Shown here: in pieces, positions 44,204 through 54,465 of the stretch | Numbering within the stretch: the first letter of the stretch is position 1 | How the letters are laid out: each line of letters opens with the position of its first letter | Origin: Deferribacterales bacterium | GTDB lineage: Bacteria > Chrysiogenota > Deferribacteres > Deferribacterales > Geovibrionaceae | NCBI GenBank assembly: GCA_050251945.1 | Contig: JBFWLW010000005.1 | Coordinates: 128,001-192,000 of the forward strand | Length of the DNA: 64,000 nucleotides | Reading direction: 5' to 3' | Program-made: the position numbers and the translations under genes | The notes under the pieces: model-generated | Databases searched by the model: none | What the model was told of the DNA's origin: nothing | Seen by the model: the letters and a program-made list of their open reading frames with translations, nothing else

Positions 44204-44791
44204 TTATTCTACAATCAGGAGCTTTTTAAGCAGCCTGATAACGTCCTCTTTCTTCTTTTCCATGTCATAGTTTTCTATACCCTGACACATTACAGACCTG
44301 AAAGTGCCCATAATAGTTCCCCATATCATTTCCGCAAGAACAATCGGGTCGGCGTCAACTATCTGCCCCATGTCAATTCCCCGCTTTATGGTTTTTGCAA
44401 GCGGGTCAATGATTATTTCGTTCTTTTCGATGATATCTTCCTCCACAGTGCGGTATTTCTGCATGAACATGTAATATTTGTTCACGCGGTCAAACGCCTG
44501 AAAAGTGTAATCCAGAAATTCGCAGAGACTGTCCATAGGGTCTCTGTCCTCCCTGAACAGACGCATTTTTTCCTCTGTGAAGGGGCCTATGAATTCATTA
44601 TGAACATAATGGAAAAGCTCCTCCTTATTGGCAAAATAATTGTAAAGAGTTCCCTTTGCCACACCGGAGTGCTTTGCCACCACTTCCATTGTAATGGGCG
44701 CGTCTTTGTCGATGAGAGACAGCACGGCCGAAACTATCTCCTTTTTCATCATCTCGTCCATCATCTTTTTTTTCTTTGAAATGGTATTCAC
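44204..44791 (-). CDS. TetR/AcrR family regulator
   Basis: TMEVVAKHSGVAKGTLYNYF; GTG start at 44791 after a GGAG SD (inferred). Confidence 0.88.
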   Translation of the reverse strand: MNTISKKKKMMDEMMKKEIVSAVLSLIDKDAPITMEVVAKHSGVAKGTLYNYFANKEELFHYVHNEFIGPFTEEKMRLFREDRDPMDSLCEFLDYTFQAFDRVNKYYMFMQKYRTVEEDIIEKNEIIIDPLAKTIKRGIDMGQIVDADPIVLAEMIWGTIMGTFRSVMCQGIENYDMEKKKEDVIRLLKKLLIVE

Positions 44792-44830
44792 TTTTTCTCC
44801 GTTAAACAATTGTTTGGGATTAATTGGTCA

Positions 44831-44859
44831 ACAATATGACCGAACGGTCATTTAGTCAA
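44831..44859 (-). promoter_or_regulatory. Promoter with palindromic operator in the spacer
   Basis: Minus strand TTGACT (44859-54), 17 bp, TATTGT (44836-31); ATGACCG-aa-CGGTCAT at 44836-44851. Confidence 0.75.
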
Positions 44860-44951
44860 TACATAACTTTGTGTATTTTTGTCTGGAATCTTATTTACAT
44901 TGATAATTAAGAAAAATAATTTATAATGACTAAAAAAACAGGAGAAAACCT

Positions 44952-45188
44952 ATGATAGGTTTCGGTCTTGTCACTCTCGCTTTTATGATCTTCGGGCTTG
45001 CCGCCGCAGTGCTGTTTATATGGACCATAGTTGATATCATCCGTTCCGATTTTAAAGACGGCGCAACCAAGATAGTTTGGATAATCGCTGTTATAGCCTT
45101 CAATTTTCTCGCAATAATAATATACCTGATTTTCGGGAAAGAAACAAAGGTGAAACCGCAAAAATCATCAAATCCGATGGTTGACTGA
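44952..45188 (+). CDS. Small membrane protein with PLD-nuclease N-terminal (PLDc_N) type domain
   Basis: WTIVDIIRSDF…KIVWII…IIYLIFG; AGGAG SD. Confidence 0.75.
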   Translation: MIGFGLVTLAFMIFGLAAAVLFIWTIVDIIRSDFKDGATKIVWIIAVIAFNFLAIIIYLIFGKETKVKPQKSSNPMVD

Positions 45189-45310
45189 TTAACCTCGGAA
45201 CATGAATGTGCCTTTTTCACAATTGCTCATTATCGTGGTGGTTTGCAGTTGACAATTTCTTGTTGCGGTGGTTTTATTGTTTAACATTTATTAAAATATA
45301 GGTTTATCCG

Positions 45311-48300
45311 ATGCACAGGTCTCTTTCGGGAAAGTGGCTTTTTGCGAGTCTCTTTCTTCTTTTTTTGATTGATATAATATTTGTGTGTTTCAGTTATTTC
45401 ACCTCAAAGGACGGACTTCTGAGGGAGACAGGAAACGAGACCGTATCTGCTGAACAGATGTTTACTTCCAGTATGGAATTCTCCGCAAGATATATGCAGG
45501 AGATAGCCACATTCATAGCATCCGACAGTAAAACTCAGGAACTTTTCTATAAAGGTGTGAAGGCGGCACAGTCCGGCGACACAGATCTTGAAAATAAATG
45601 CCGCGAACAGCTTTACGACCATCTGAAAGATGGCTGGAACCAGCTTCACGGTATTTACGGAATAACACAGATTCATTTTTTTCTCCCCGACGGTGCAACT
45701 TCTTTTCTCCGTATGCACAAGCCGGGTAATTTCGGCGACGATCTGCACCACGTCCGTTTTTCAATCGTTGACGCCAACAGCACGAAAAGCAAAAAAATGG
45801 GGTTCGAGGTCGGTCGTGTTGAAGCCGGCATACGCGGCGTAATTCCTTTCTTCTACGCTGAGGCTGGGAAAGAGCCGGAGCATATCGGTGCAATAGAGGT
45901 ATGTTCCTCCTTTGACACCATACTTCGGACTCTGAAAAACTCTCTGTCCGCAGATCTGGCGGTGTATCTTTCAACGGAAAAACTCAGGCAAACTATGTGG
46001 CAGTACCAGTATATAAAAAAACTCAACGAGGCTTCGCCCGTTAACGGCTATATAGCTGAAGACGCTTCCACCAGCATCGTTCAGGACGAGATAGAGAAGA
46101 ACCATGACTTCGACATATTCAAACGGAGCCGTCCGCGTATCATAGAAGATGGCGGAAAGGTCTATTATCTCAGTTCGTTTCCTTTTTATGATTATGTGAC
46201 CATTCGGGACAAAAAGCACGAACCTGTCGGCTATGTGGTTATAAGAAAGGATATAACCGCCCTATATGCGAAATTCAGACAGAACAACAACATGATGATA
46301 GCCTATGCCGCGGCGGCGTATGTGATAGTGGTTCTTTGCGGTTATGCGGCATGGAGATACGGTTCGCGGATGTTTATGGACATCATCAACCAGCGGACAG
46401 ACGAGCTTATCGCTGCAAAGGTTGAGGCGGAACTTGCAAACAGGGCAAAGAGCGAATTTCTTGCGAATATGAGTCACGAGATACGCACTCCTATGAACGG
46501 CATTTTAGGTATATCAGACATAATAATGAAGCAGGATATACCGGAAAAGATACGCGGACAGGTTGATATACTTAAAAGGTCTGGCAGGATGCTTCTGGGC
46601 ATAGTCAATAATATTCTCGATTTTTCAAAGATAGAGGCGGGCAAGATGCATGTCAGCAAAGAACCCGTGTGTGTGCGCGATGAAGTGAGCGGTATAATCA
46701 ATATGCTAAGCGTCAGCGTGTACGGCAAGGAATTGGAGCTGATTGTCGATTATGAGGACAACATGCCGGAGCGCATCATATCCGACAGAATGTGGTTCGG
46801 ACAGATACTTGTGAATCTTATCGGCAACTCGCTTAAATTCACCGAAAGAGGCAGTATCGTTCTTCAGGTCAGCTATTCACCGGACACGTCTTCGATAGTG
46901 TTCCGTATCAGCGACACCGGCATAGGTATTCCGGAGGATAAGGCGTCGGAACTTTTTAAGCCGTTCTCACAGGCGGGGATATCAACCGGAAAATACGGAG
47001 GCACCGGACTGGGACTGTCGATCTGTAAATCTGTGGTGGACGAGCTTGACGGTGAAATAGGTTTTTATAACAATGAAGACGCCGGATGTACCTTCTGGTT
47101 CACTCAGCCTGTGGACAGAGCATCGAATATCGTAAGCGTCCGCCGTGATCTTTCGGACATTTCATTCCAGATAATGGTCAGAGACCCGAAACTGGAGAAG
47201 TGGATAATAAGCTGTCTTGTGGACTGCGGAGCATTATATAAAGGGTCTTATCTCAAAGATCCGGTTAATCGAGAAACGCCGGAATTTGTCATAATAGCGG
47301 ATGCGGATCTGTTTTTTAATACGGAGCTGAACGGGCGGCACAGTGGATTTCACACAGGCAGTATCCGTTATATCCTTCTGGAGAAGGGCGCGGATTCGTC
47401 GCTTCCTTTTGAAAACATAGATTATATGCGGTTTTCCGTGCTGGCAAAACCTATGGACGACGAACGGCTCATCTCCGAAACGCTGGAGTTCAGGGCTGAA
47501 GGCAGCAGCAGGGAGAAACGCAGCGAATATGATAATATTTTCAACGGCTATCGTGTTCTTGTGGCAGAGGACAACGAGATAAACCGTCAGGTCATCTCCA
47601 TATACCTGAAAATATGGGGGTGTGAGTTTGTCATGACTGATAACGGAAAACAGGCTGTGGATATCGCCGTTAACGGCGGGTTCGACCTCATAATTATGGA
47701 TTGTCTGATGCCTGTTATGGACGGATATCAGGCGACGGAAGTGATACGCAACATCGAACGGGCGAAAAAATCGCACCGCGTCCCCATAATAGCCATGACC
47801 GCCAACGCCATGCAAGGCGACAGGGAAATGTGTATCAACGCGGGAATGGACGGGTATATCAGCAAACCATTCAAAGAGGACGAGGCTGTTGAAGAACTCG
47901 GAAAGTGGATAACGCCTCTGATGCCGACGCGAAAGGAAGCGGAAAAAGAGAAGCACGCGGACACCGCGTCGTTTGACAGGGGAACGTTTGATAAACTTTT
48001 CTCCATGCTGGGGGGGAATTTAACGCTTACGCAGGAGTTTGTGACTACCTATCTGCACACCAGCGAACAATATATCAAAGATGTCATTTCGGCTGTTCAG
48101 GCAAAGGACAGCAATCTTATGCTGATGTCTGTTCATTCGCTTAAATCCAGCAGCGCTTCAATGGGCTGTCTGCGTCTGTCGCGGCTTTGCGGCGATGCGC
48201 AGGATATGCTGAAAAACTCGGATAAATTCATTGGAAGCGAACTGGCAAAGCTGATAATTGAAGAGTATAAGCAGTCGTCAGAGCTTCTGGAGGAATATTT

Positions 48301-48334
48301 TAAAGAGATTCAGGATGCATCCTCCGGCTCATAG
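45311..48334 (+). CDS. Hybrid sensor histidine kinase (Cache, HisKA, HATPase, REC, Hpt)
   Basis: [44 protein letters not shown]. Confidence 0.93.
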   Translation: MHRSLSGKWLFASLFLLFLIDIIFVCFSYFTSKDGLLRETGNETVSAEQMFTSSMEFSARYMQEIATFIASDSKTQELFYKGVKAAQSGDTDLENKCREQLYDHLKDGWNQLHGIYGITQIHFFLPDGATSFLRMHKPGNFGDDLHHVRFSIVDANSTKSKKMGFEVGRVEAGIRGVIPFFYAEAGKEPEHIGAIEVCSSFDTILRTLKNSLSADLAVYLSTEKLRQTMWQYQYIKKLNEASPVNGYIAEDASTSIVQDEIEKNHDFDIFKRSRPRIIEDGGKVYYLSSFPFYDYVTIRDKKHEPVGYVVIRKDITALYAKFRQNNNMMIAYAAAAYVIVVLCGYAAWRYGSRMFMDIINQRTDELIAAKVEAELANRAKSEFLANMSHEIRTPMNGILGISDIIMKQDIPEKIRGQVDILKRSGRMLLGIVNNILDFSKIEAGKMHVSKEPVCVRDEVSGIINMLSVSVYGKELELIVDYEDNMPERIISDRMWFGQILVNLIGNSLKFTERGSIVLQVSYSPDTSSIVFRISDTGIGIPEDKASELFKPFSQAGISTGKYGGTGLGLSICKSVVDELDGEIGFYNNEDAGCTFWFTQPVDRASNIVSVRRDLSDISFQIMVRDPKLEKWIISCLVDCGALYKGSYLKDPVNRETPEFVIIADADLFFNTELNGRHSGFHTGSIRYILLEKGADSSLPFENIDYMRFSVLAKPMDDERLISETLEFRAEGSSREKRSEYDNIFNGYRVLVAEDNEINRQVISIYLKIWGCEFVMTDNGKQAVDIAVNGGFDLIIMDCLMPVMDGYQATEVIRNIERAKKSHRVPIIAMTANAMQGDREMCINAGMDGYISKPFKEDEAVEELGKWITPLMPTRKEAEKEKHADTASFDRGTFDKLFSMLGGNLTLTQEFVTTYLHTSEQYIKDVISAVQAKDSNLMLMSVHSLKSSSASMGCLRLSRLCGDAQDMLKNSDKFIGSELAKLIIEEYKQSSELLEEYFKEIQDASSGS

Positions 48335-50673
48335 ATGCACGTTGAGTTGCGCCCTTTCTCTTTCGCTTTTGAAAGTGCTTCTTCCGCGTTTTTCATAAGG
48401 GTTATCTCATTGCTGCCGTGTTCGGGGAATATAACGGCTCCGATGCTCACTGTTATGCTGAGATCGTACCCTTCGACATAGAAGGGTTCTTCAAAGAGAG
48501 TCCTTATCTTTTCCGCTTTTTCAAACAGGTCGTTTCTGTCTGATATCCTCGGCAGAAGTATTGCAAATTCGTCTCCCGCAACCCTGCTGACGGAATTTTC
48601 CGCCGCCTGTTTCATTCTGTCCGCGGCGTTTTTAAGCACTATGTCACCGGCGCTGAATCCGAATGACGAGTTTATTCTTTTAAAGCCGTCCATGCCCGCA
48701 ATGAGCAGCGCGCCCGATGCATCTACAAGTTTTGCCGCCTCTATTTCGTCTTCCAGTCTGGCTGTAAAGAATTCGCGTTTAGGCAGTCCGGTTATGTTGT
48801 CGAATTTTTTCATCTCCGCGATGCTTGACTCAAACTGCTTGCGCTGGCTTATATCTCTCGTGACACCGATAAGTCCTATAAACTCGTTTTTTTCATTATA
48901 CATCCCCGTGACGTTCACATCCGACCAGATGGTGGAACCGTTTTTGCACGGCTGTTCCAGATCGGCACGGAATCCGGGGAAGGGCAAATCGTTCGCAAGA
49001 CATTCCCTCAGAAGCCTCAGTCCCTCCGTCACAATCATCTGCGATTCGGGCATCAGAACTTTTTCCAGCGGCTGCTCCATTACCTCTTCGGGGGTGTATC
49101 CGCGCGCCTTTTTTACGGACGGGCTTATATATGTGAATTTACCGTTCAGATCCATTGTCCAGATAACGTCAAGGCTGTTGTCTGCCAGCAGTCTGTGGCG
49201 CTCCTCGCTTATGCGGAGCTGGTCTCTGGTTACCTTGTTTTCAGTTATGTCAATGGCTGTTCCTATTACGTACATTTCGCCGTTATACGTTATTGTTCTG
49301 CCTGAATGGTCTATCCACCTGACCTCTCCGTTTTTTTTGCGTATTTTCATTTCATATCTGTCGGGTACGTTTTCGCCCCTTGCCCTTGCACGGGTTCTCT
49401 CTTTGGCTATTTCTCTGAAATCGGGGTGGACGAACTCAAATTCATCCATCTGTAAAAGTTCCTCTTTGGAGTATCCCGTAAGCTCGCTTATTGCTTTATT
49501 TGCCGTGATTATCCTTGAACCTTTAAGCATATAGATGGCTGCGGTGGCGTTTTCAACAAGTGTGAGGTATTGTTCCTGAGCCTCTGTCAGTTCGTTCTTT
49601 ATCTTTTCGTCCGCGTTCCGTGTCATTTTCATTTTTCTGAACAGCATATAAATATAGATGAGAAGCCCTGCGGCAATGATTACAAGCCCTGCGATAATGA
49701 AGACGTTAAAGAGCGGCAGGTTCTCCTTTTTTTCGGGTTCATAGAGGAAGCCTTTAAAGCTGAAATCATGATCCAGCATACCGAGGCTTTTATAAACGTT
49801 TGCGATATGCTGCCAGCGTCCGGGGTTCATATATCCTATCTCAATAAGTTCCGGCTTGAGCATTTCGTCCATTTCTATTGCTTCGTGGAGATAAAAGTCT
49901 TTCGGATGTTTGGAGGAATATTTGTTGTAGATGATGTCCACGACCTCTTCCTTGTGCGTCATGGCGTAATACCAGCCTTTAAGGGACGCGCGGCGGAAAG
50001 CTTCCACAGTGTCGGAGTTGTTCTTTATCATGTATTCAGAAGTGAACAGGTTGTCTCCGTAAAAATCTATTCCTGCGGCTCTGGGGTCGAACACCTGATA
50101 GGGTATATTCTCTTTTTCCAGATAATAAGTTTCGTTCGTAACATATGCGGAGATGGCATCGACACGATGGTCAATGAGGTCGCGGACTTCAAAGCTGTGC
50201 GGGATGAATCTGATGTCCTTAGGCGATATCTTTTCGCTTTGAAGATAGGCAAGAAGCTCTTCGGACTGTCTTTCAAACATGACCTTTTTGCCGACAAGAT
50301 CGTGTATGGTCTTAACTCTGTTATTTTCCTGCAATGCCAGTATCACAAGGGGGGAGTGCTGAAATATCACGGCGAGAACGACTACGGGCTGATTGTTCTG
50401 TCTTTCCAGCAGCAGACTGTTCGTGCCGACGCCGAACTGAGCTTTTCCGCTCAGCACTTCGCCTATGACGTCGGATTCCGGCTGCGCTTCTTTGATGGTT
50501 ACGTCAAGCCCTGCGTCGCTGTAAAATCCCTTCTCTTTTGCCGCGTAATATCCGGCAAACTGGAATGCATGCGTCCATTTAAGCTGAAGGGTGATCTTCT
50601 GCTTTTCCTGCGCGCATACCGGAAAGACGGATATGATTGACAGCAATACCCCTAAAATAACTGATCTGACCAA
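48310..50673 (-). CDS. NMT1/THI5-type SBP–TM–PAS–PAS–degenerate GGDEF protein
   Basis: [24 protein letters not shown]; two PAS-like repeats; AGDEF motif. Confidence 0.85.
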   Translation of the reverse strand: MVRSVILGVLLSIISVFPVCAQEKQKITLQLKWTHAFQFAGYYAAKEKGFYSDAGLDVTIKEAQPESDVIGEVLSGKAQFGVGTNSLLLERQNNQPVVVLAVIFQHSPLVILALQENNRVKTIHDLVGKKVMFERQSEELLAYLQSEKISPKDIRFIPHSFEVRDLIDHRVDAISAYVTNETYYLEKENIPYQVFDPRAAGIDFYGDNLFTSEYMIKNNSDTVEAFRRASLKGWYYAMTHKEEVVDIIYNKYSSKHPKDFYLHEAIEMDEMLKPELIEIGYMNPGRWQHIANVYKSLGMLDHDFSFKGFLYEPEKKENLPLFNVFIIAGLVIIAAGLLIYIYMLFRKMKMTRNADEKIKNELTEAQEQYLTLVENATAAIYMLKGSRIITANKAISELTGYSKEELLQMDEFEFVHPDFREIAKERTRARARGENVPDRYEMKIRKKNGEVRWIDHSGRTITYNGEMYVIGTAIDITENKVTRDQLRISEERHRLLADNSLDVIWTMDLNGKFTYISPSVKKARGYTPEEVMEQPLEKVLMPESQMIVTEGLRLLRECLANDLPFPGFRADLEQPCKNGSTIWSDVNVTGMYNEKNEFIGLIGVTRDISQRKQFESSIAEMKKFDNITGLPKREFFTARLEDEIEAAKLVDASGALLIAGMDGFKRINSSFGFSAGDIVLKNAADRMKQAAENSVSRVAGDEFAILLPRISDRNDLFEKAEKIRTLFEEPFYVEGYDLSITVSIGAVIFPEHGSNEITLMKNAEEALSKAKEKGRNSTCIYEPEDAS

Positions 50674-50726
50674 ATGAAACTCCGATAGATGAAAATATCT
50701 ACTTATATTCTAGCAGATTACTAAAA

Positions 50727-51743
50727 CTATAGTTGGAAAAATTTCTTCATATCCATAGAAATTTTTTCACCTGCCCGGAGCATTGTGCGAAGCTGCATAA
50801 GTTTTGCATCGACAGCCTGCAGAACCTCAAGCCCTGCCAGTTCATCTTTATCCGTTTCAATGATCGTTTTAACGCCGCCGTTGTGAATGGCGAGCCTTCT
50901 GTTGCCCAACAGTGCCAGTATGGGGTCGTGGGTGGACATCAGAACTATTTTTTCTTTTTTAACAAGCAGTTCAAGCGCTTTTCGCCTGTCCACACCGGCG
51001 TTCTCTATCTCGTCGATAAGCACTATAGGGGATGAACTGAGCATTGCCGTATCCGCTATCATAAGCGCTCTTGACTGACCGCCTGAAAGCTGTGTCAGAG
51101 CTGTTTCGTATGTGAAGGTTTCCCCTGCAAGTTCGTTTGCGCAGGTTATCACGGCTTCCACTGTGGCTTCGATGTCGGGTATCATGCGGCTTGATGCGTG
51201 CAGGGCGATGAACTCGCCGACACTCATGTCCACAACGAAGTTCATGTTCTGAGAAAGCTGTGCTACCAGCTTGTTTTCCAGACGGAACCTGTTTTCGCCG
51301 TCCAGTATCTTTCCGTTAACCATAACGGTTCGTTCCGTGGGTGTGTCTTTCTGTGCGAAACACTCAATGTCTGCCAGCAGACGGCTCTTGCCTGAACCGG
51401 TGGTTCCGACGATGCAGAGTATGTCGCCGGGTTTCAGTGTCAGTTCAAAGTTTTCCGGTGTGCCGGATTTGTCCTTTCCGCCTATGATTGTGACGCTGTG
51501 AACGGAACGTTCCGCGGTGCTTTTCAGCATTGCCGCCTGTTTCAGAAACTCTATAAAGTGGGATGATATCTGCTCTTTCGAGAATCCTTTGTCTTCAAGT
51601 GTTTCTTCGTTCAGCGCGTCAATTATCTCTCTGGGGGTAAGCGCGCTGTCCGCAACGGATACGCCCACGGAGCGGAAATAGTCCATAGCATAGGGGTGTT
51701 CTTCCGTTATCACCGCTATGGGGGTGTTCATCAGTTCTGTCAT
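50727..51743 (-). CDS. ABC-type ATPase with N-terminal DUF1858/ScdA_N-like extension
   Basis: GTTGSGKS, LSGGQ, VLIDE, STHD; no TM segments; N-terminal domain call is tentative. Confidence 0.8.
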   Translation of the reverse strand: MTELMNTPIAVITEEHPYAMDYFRSVGVSVADSALTPREIIDALNEETLEDKGFSKEQISSHFIEFLKQAAMLKSTAERSVHSVTIIGGKDKSGTPENFELTLKPGDILCIVGTTGSGKSRLLADIECFAQKDTPTERTVMVNGKILDGENRFRLENKLVAQLSQNMNFVVDMSVGEFIALHASSRMIPDIEATVEAVITCANELAGETFTYETALTQLSGGQSRALMIADTAMLSSSPIVLIDEIENAGVDRRKALELLVKKEKIVLMSTHDPILALLGNRRLAIHNGGVKTIIETDKDELAGLEVLQAVDAKLMQLRTMLRAGEKISMDMKKFFQL

Positions 51744-52447
51744 ACCGCTGCCTCTTCTTCCTCTTTGAATACCATTTTTTTCACGTTGCCCTTCTGGTGG
51801 TCGGTACCGATGGTCATTTCGCCCACGCAGTAGGGGCAGATGGCGGCTGGCATTGAGAAGCGGAGTTTCGCGCCTTCAAGGCTTTCGACATCCGAAGCCT
51901 TTGAAAAAGCATGTGACAGGTCATATGCGCCCTGTCCTGTGATGCCGTTAACAAATATAACGGATGCTTTCGGGTTTGCCTGACGCACGCGGAAAGAGAA
52001 AACTTCCCGTTCCGCCTGTGAAACTATGTCGCCCTTTGTTATGGCAACCGTGTCGGCATAGCGGAGCATGGGTCCTATTTTTTTGGGTGTGTCAGCTCCT
52101 GCGAGGCAGTCAATCACGCAGACAGCAGGTATCTCTTTTATGTGGGGACTGCATCTGTTGCACAGTCCTGCGCTTTCACTTATGAGCATGTCGAATCCTT
52201 TGCGCTTTGCCCATTGGAGACAGTCGTCAATGTTGCTGACAAAATAGTGGTCGGGGCAGAGGTTGCCCGACAGACCTGTTACGACGGATATTCCCGCTTT
52301 TTTGTAAAGCAGGTGATCGGACGTTGAAAGACAGTCGAATTTCACCACGCCTATTCTGGAATACATCTTTTTAAGATGTACGGCGGTCTTTATTATTACG
52401 GCGGTTTTGCCCGCGGAGGGCGGTCCCGCAACTGTTACAAGTTTCAT
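51740..52447 (-). CDS. HypB/UreG-like (G3E) GTPase, Cys-rich
   Basis: GPPSAGKT, KFDC, LCPDH, ESAGLCNRCSP, TKGD, C-terminal CPYC; GAGG SD before ATG 52447. Confidence 0.82.
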   Translation of the reverse strand: MKLVTVAGPPSAGKTAVIIKTAVHLKKMYSRIGVVKFDCLSTSDHLLYKKAGISVVTGLSGNLCPDHYFVSNIDDCLQWAKRKGFDMLISESAGLCNRCSPHIKEIPAVCVIDCLAGADTPKKIGPMLRYADTVAITKGDIVSQAEREVFSFRVRQANPKASVIFVNGITGQGAYDLSHAFSKASDVESLEGAKLRFSMPAAICPYCVGEMTIGTDHQKGNVKKMVFKEEEEAAV

Positions 52448-52460
52448 TAATTTCCTCAAT

Positions 52461-52538
52461 GAGATTGCCTCACCATTTCATGGTTCGCAAAGACAGACAG
52501 ACGTCTCCGCGGGGAAGCGCCAGCTTCAGAAGCAGTCT
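52461..52538. repeat. REP-like doublet inside the operon
   Basis: GAGATTGCC…TCGCAAAGAC (52461-94) + GTCTCCGCGG…AGCAGTCT (52503-38). Confidence 0.7.
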
Positions 52539-52541
52539 GTT

Positions 52542-53801
52542 TTATTTGTTCACCAGTATCTGAAATTTACGTTTACCGTGAGAGCTGTGTTTGCTGACTG
52601 AACCTGCTTCCTTGCGGTATTTTGCGAAGCGGGTGTTCAACTCGTCGGAAAATACTTTCATATCGTGTTCGCGCACAAAGTCCCATCCGAACCATTTCAG
52701 TTTTGTTCCCTGAGGCAGAACGTTCGGCACATCGGGGCATGTTGACGGGAATTTAGCGCCGGAAGAGATGCCGCCCATTACGGAGCCTGTCATGAAGTCA
52801 GTCACAACCTTCATCTTTTCCTCTTTGCCGGCTTTCACCATCATATACATGGGGCTGACAAGGGCGCCCTCTTCGGGGAAGACGATTGATATGTGGTCGG
52901 TGTTGGGGCAGGTGTCTGCAAAGAACCACGCAAGAACGTAGATAGCCGTGCCCTCTTTCATACTGCTGCCTGCGGCTTTCGCCATCTGGGAAGCGTGCCA
53001 TGTGTCCTTTATGTTGCCTGCCATGCTTTTAACGGCTTCTTCGCCGCCGTCCTTATAAATGTGCATAAGGAGGACTTCGTTTATTTCGTCTTCACTGCCG
53101 CTGACGATGATATTGTCCTTGTATATGGGGTTTGCAAGGTCAAGCCAACGCTGAGGAACAGGCAGGTTGCCGAGTTTTTTGTGGTCGATGAGCATGACAT
53201 AAGCTGAGAACGAATAGACGGTGTAATGTTCCAGCGGATCCTTAAGGTCTTTGAATTCCTCGATGTAGGGTTTCGTTTCAACGGCTTTGAAAAGACCTGT
53301 GTCGAGGAAGCGTTCGCGGAAGGGTTTGCGCCAGTATGCGCCGAATCCCAGCGATGCTATCGCGTCGGGCAGGTCGTCTATGTTTTCCGTATCCCATATG
53401 TATTCATAGGGGTCGGGACCGCCGCAGCCCATGGGGACGAAGCTGATGAGCTTTTCGCCCGTTTTTTCGTAATGCCCGTTGAGTGTGCTTTCAAATGCCT
53501 CTTTGAAGAGGTGTTTGAAGGGGCAAACAACGTAGCCGAGGAAATCCGTGCGCACGGCAGGGGTTTCGTCTGTGTAGAGTATTTTGACCTGCGAACAGTT
53601 CTCTGCAGTTTCATTCAGCAGTTTAAGAAATATTCCGGGGTTCAGGCTGCGCAGTTTCATGAAAGATTCAACTGTGAGCGCCGTCATAAAGACGTGGTTA
53701 TTCTGCTCAACGGAGAGACCGTTGGCGATAAATATCGGTCTGGTATCAGGATAGGTTGAGATGACCTCTGAAAGGGTCATTTCGGTGGTGACAAGGGGCA
53801 T
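52542..53801 (-). CDS. SBP-fold protein without signal peptide, N-terminal DUF1858-like domain
   Basis: MTLSEVISTYPDTRPIF N-terminus; VPQRWLDL, PEEGALVSP SBP motifs; GGAGGA SD before ATG 53801. Confidence 0.75.
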   Translation of the reverse strand: MPLVTTEMTLSEVISTYPDTRPIFIANGLSVEQNNHVFMTALTVESFMKLRSLNPGIFLKLLNETAENCSQVKILYTDETPAVRTDFLGYVVCPFKHLFKEAFESTLNGHYEKTGEKLISFVPMGCGGPDPYEYIWDTENIDDLPDAIASLGFGAYWRKPFRERFLDTGLFKAVETKPYIEEFKDLKDPLEHYTVYSFSAYVMLIDHKKLGNLPVPQRWLDLANPIYKDNIIVSGSEDEINEVLLMHIYKDGGEEAVKSMAGNIKDTWHASQMAKAAGSSMKEGTAIYVLAWFFADTCPNTDHISIVFPEEGALVSPMYMMVKAGKEEKMKVVTDFMTGSVMGGISSGAKFPSTCPDVPNVLPQGTKLKWFGWDFVREHDMKVFSDELNTRFAKYRKEAGSVSKHSSHGKRKFQILVNK

Positions 53802-54003
53802 AATATTCCTCCGTAAGTCCGCACAAACGGACACGTTTGATTTCTTATATCCTTTCCCCACAAAAGATATCTTATTAATATAGGCATAAGCCATGTTTAG
53901 CAAACACTTTTTTTCCCTGAAAAATCTGACGGAATCCTTACAAATTGCGGAAAGTTTTATGTCACTTCGGTTCTAGATTAGTAAAAAATAACGAGGTGAC
54001 GAC

Positions 54004-54111
54004 ATGACCCTTATATTTTTTCTTGCCGCCGCCGGATATATAATATGGAGAACCGCCCGCATCGCCGAAAGACTCTTCGATGAGATAGCGGACACCGTAA
54101 AAGTTATCTGA
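54004..54111 (+). CDS. 35-aa small membrane protein (not in ORF track)
   Basis: GAGGTG SD 53993-98, ATG 54004; MTLIFFLAAAGYIIWRTARIAERLFDEIADTVKVI*. Confidence 0.5.
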   Translation: MTLIFFLAAAGYIIWRTARIAERLFDEIADTVKVI

Positions 54112-54185
54112 AAAAGCCGCATCGACACAAAAGGTCTTTGCGAGGGCGTCTGTCCGAAGCGAACTGTTTTTATATGTAAAATCAT

Positions 54186-54215
54186 TTGACAGATTTGGTC
54201 TGAATATGCCAGAAT
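54186..54215 (+). promoter_or_regulatory. Putative promoter of the riboswitch-nrdD transcript
   Basis: TTGACA 54186-91; TGcCAGAAT extended -10 at 54207-15. Confidence 0.45.
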
Positions 54216-54221
54216 GATTCA

Positions 54222-54360
54222 TCGGGATTCAGGGAAGTCCGGTTAAAATCCGGCACTGCCCCCGCAACTGTAATCCGGACGAAATCCTCATTTTAAGTCA
54301 CTGCGAAAGCGGGAAGACGGAGGAGAGTAGGTTGATGGAAAGTCAGGATACCTGCCCCGT
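54222..54360 (+). ncRNA. Cobalamin riboswitch
   Basis: AGGGAAgtCCGGTtaAAATCCGG, CTGCCCCCGCAACTGTA, CACTG..GGGAAG, B12-box AGTCAGGATACCTGCC. Confidence 0.92.
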
Positions 54361-54465
54361 AGTAACCAGCGGAGGGATGGATGATCTTACATCATTCCAT
54401 TAACACAAATCACACTTTATACGTCTCTGTTGTCATACCCTCCCGCTGTGTCCAGAGGAGGAAAT

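Noticed and set aside
49570..50640. 356-aa plus-strand ORF (also 48641-49534, 27757-28689, 21890-22621, 63182-63964 and similar)
   Set aside because: Antisense shadows of well-supported genes; no recognisable motifs.
53926..53943. CTGACGGAATCCTTACAA as an HcpR/Crp-type site for the SBP-GTPase-ATPase operon
   Set aside because: Only one half-site is convincing; unsupported without comparative data.
53962..54222. Minus-strand ORFs of 86 and 70 aa in the track
   Set aside because: No SD or motif; they overlap the better-supported plus-strand sORF and the promoter.
54405..54430. Possible NrdR box upstream of nrdD
   Set aside because: Only about 9 of 15 positions match and no tandem second box was seen.
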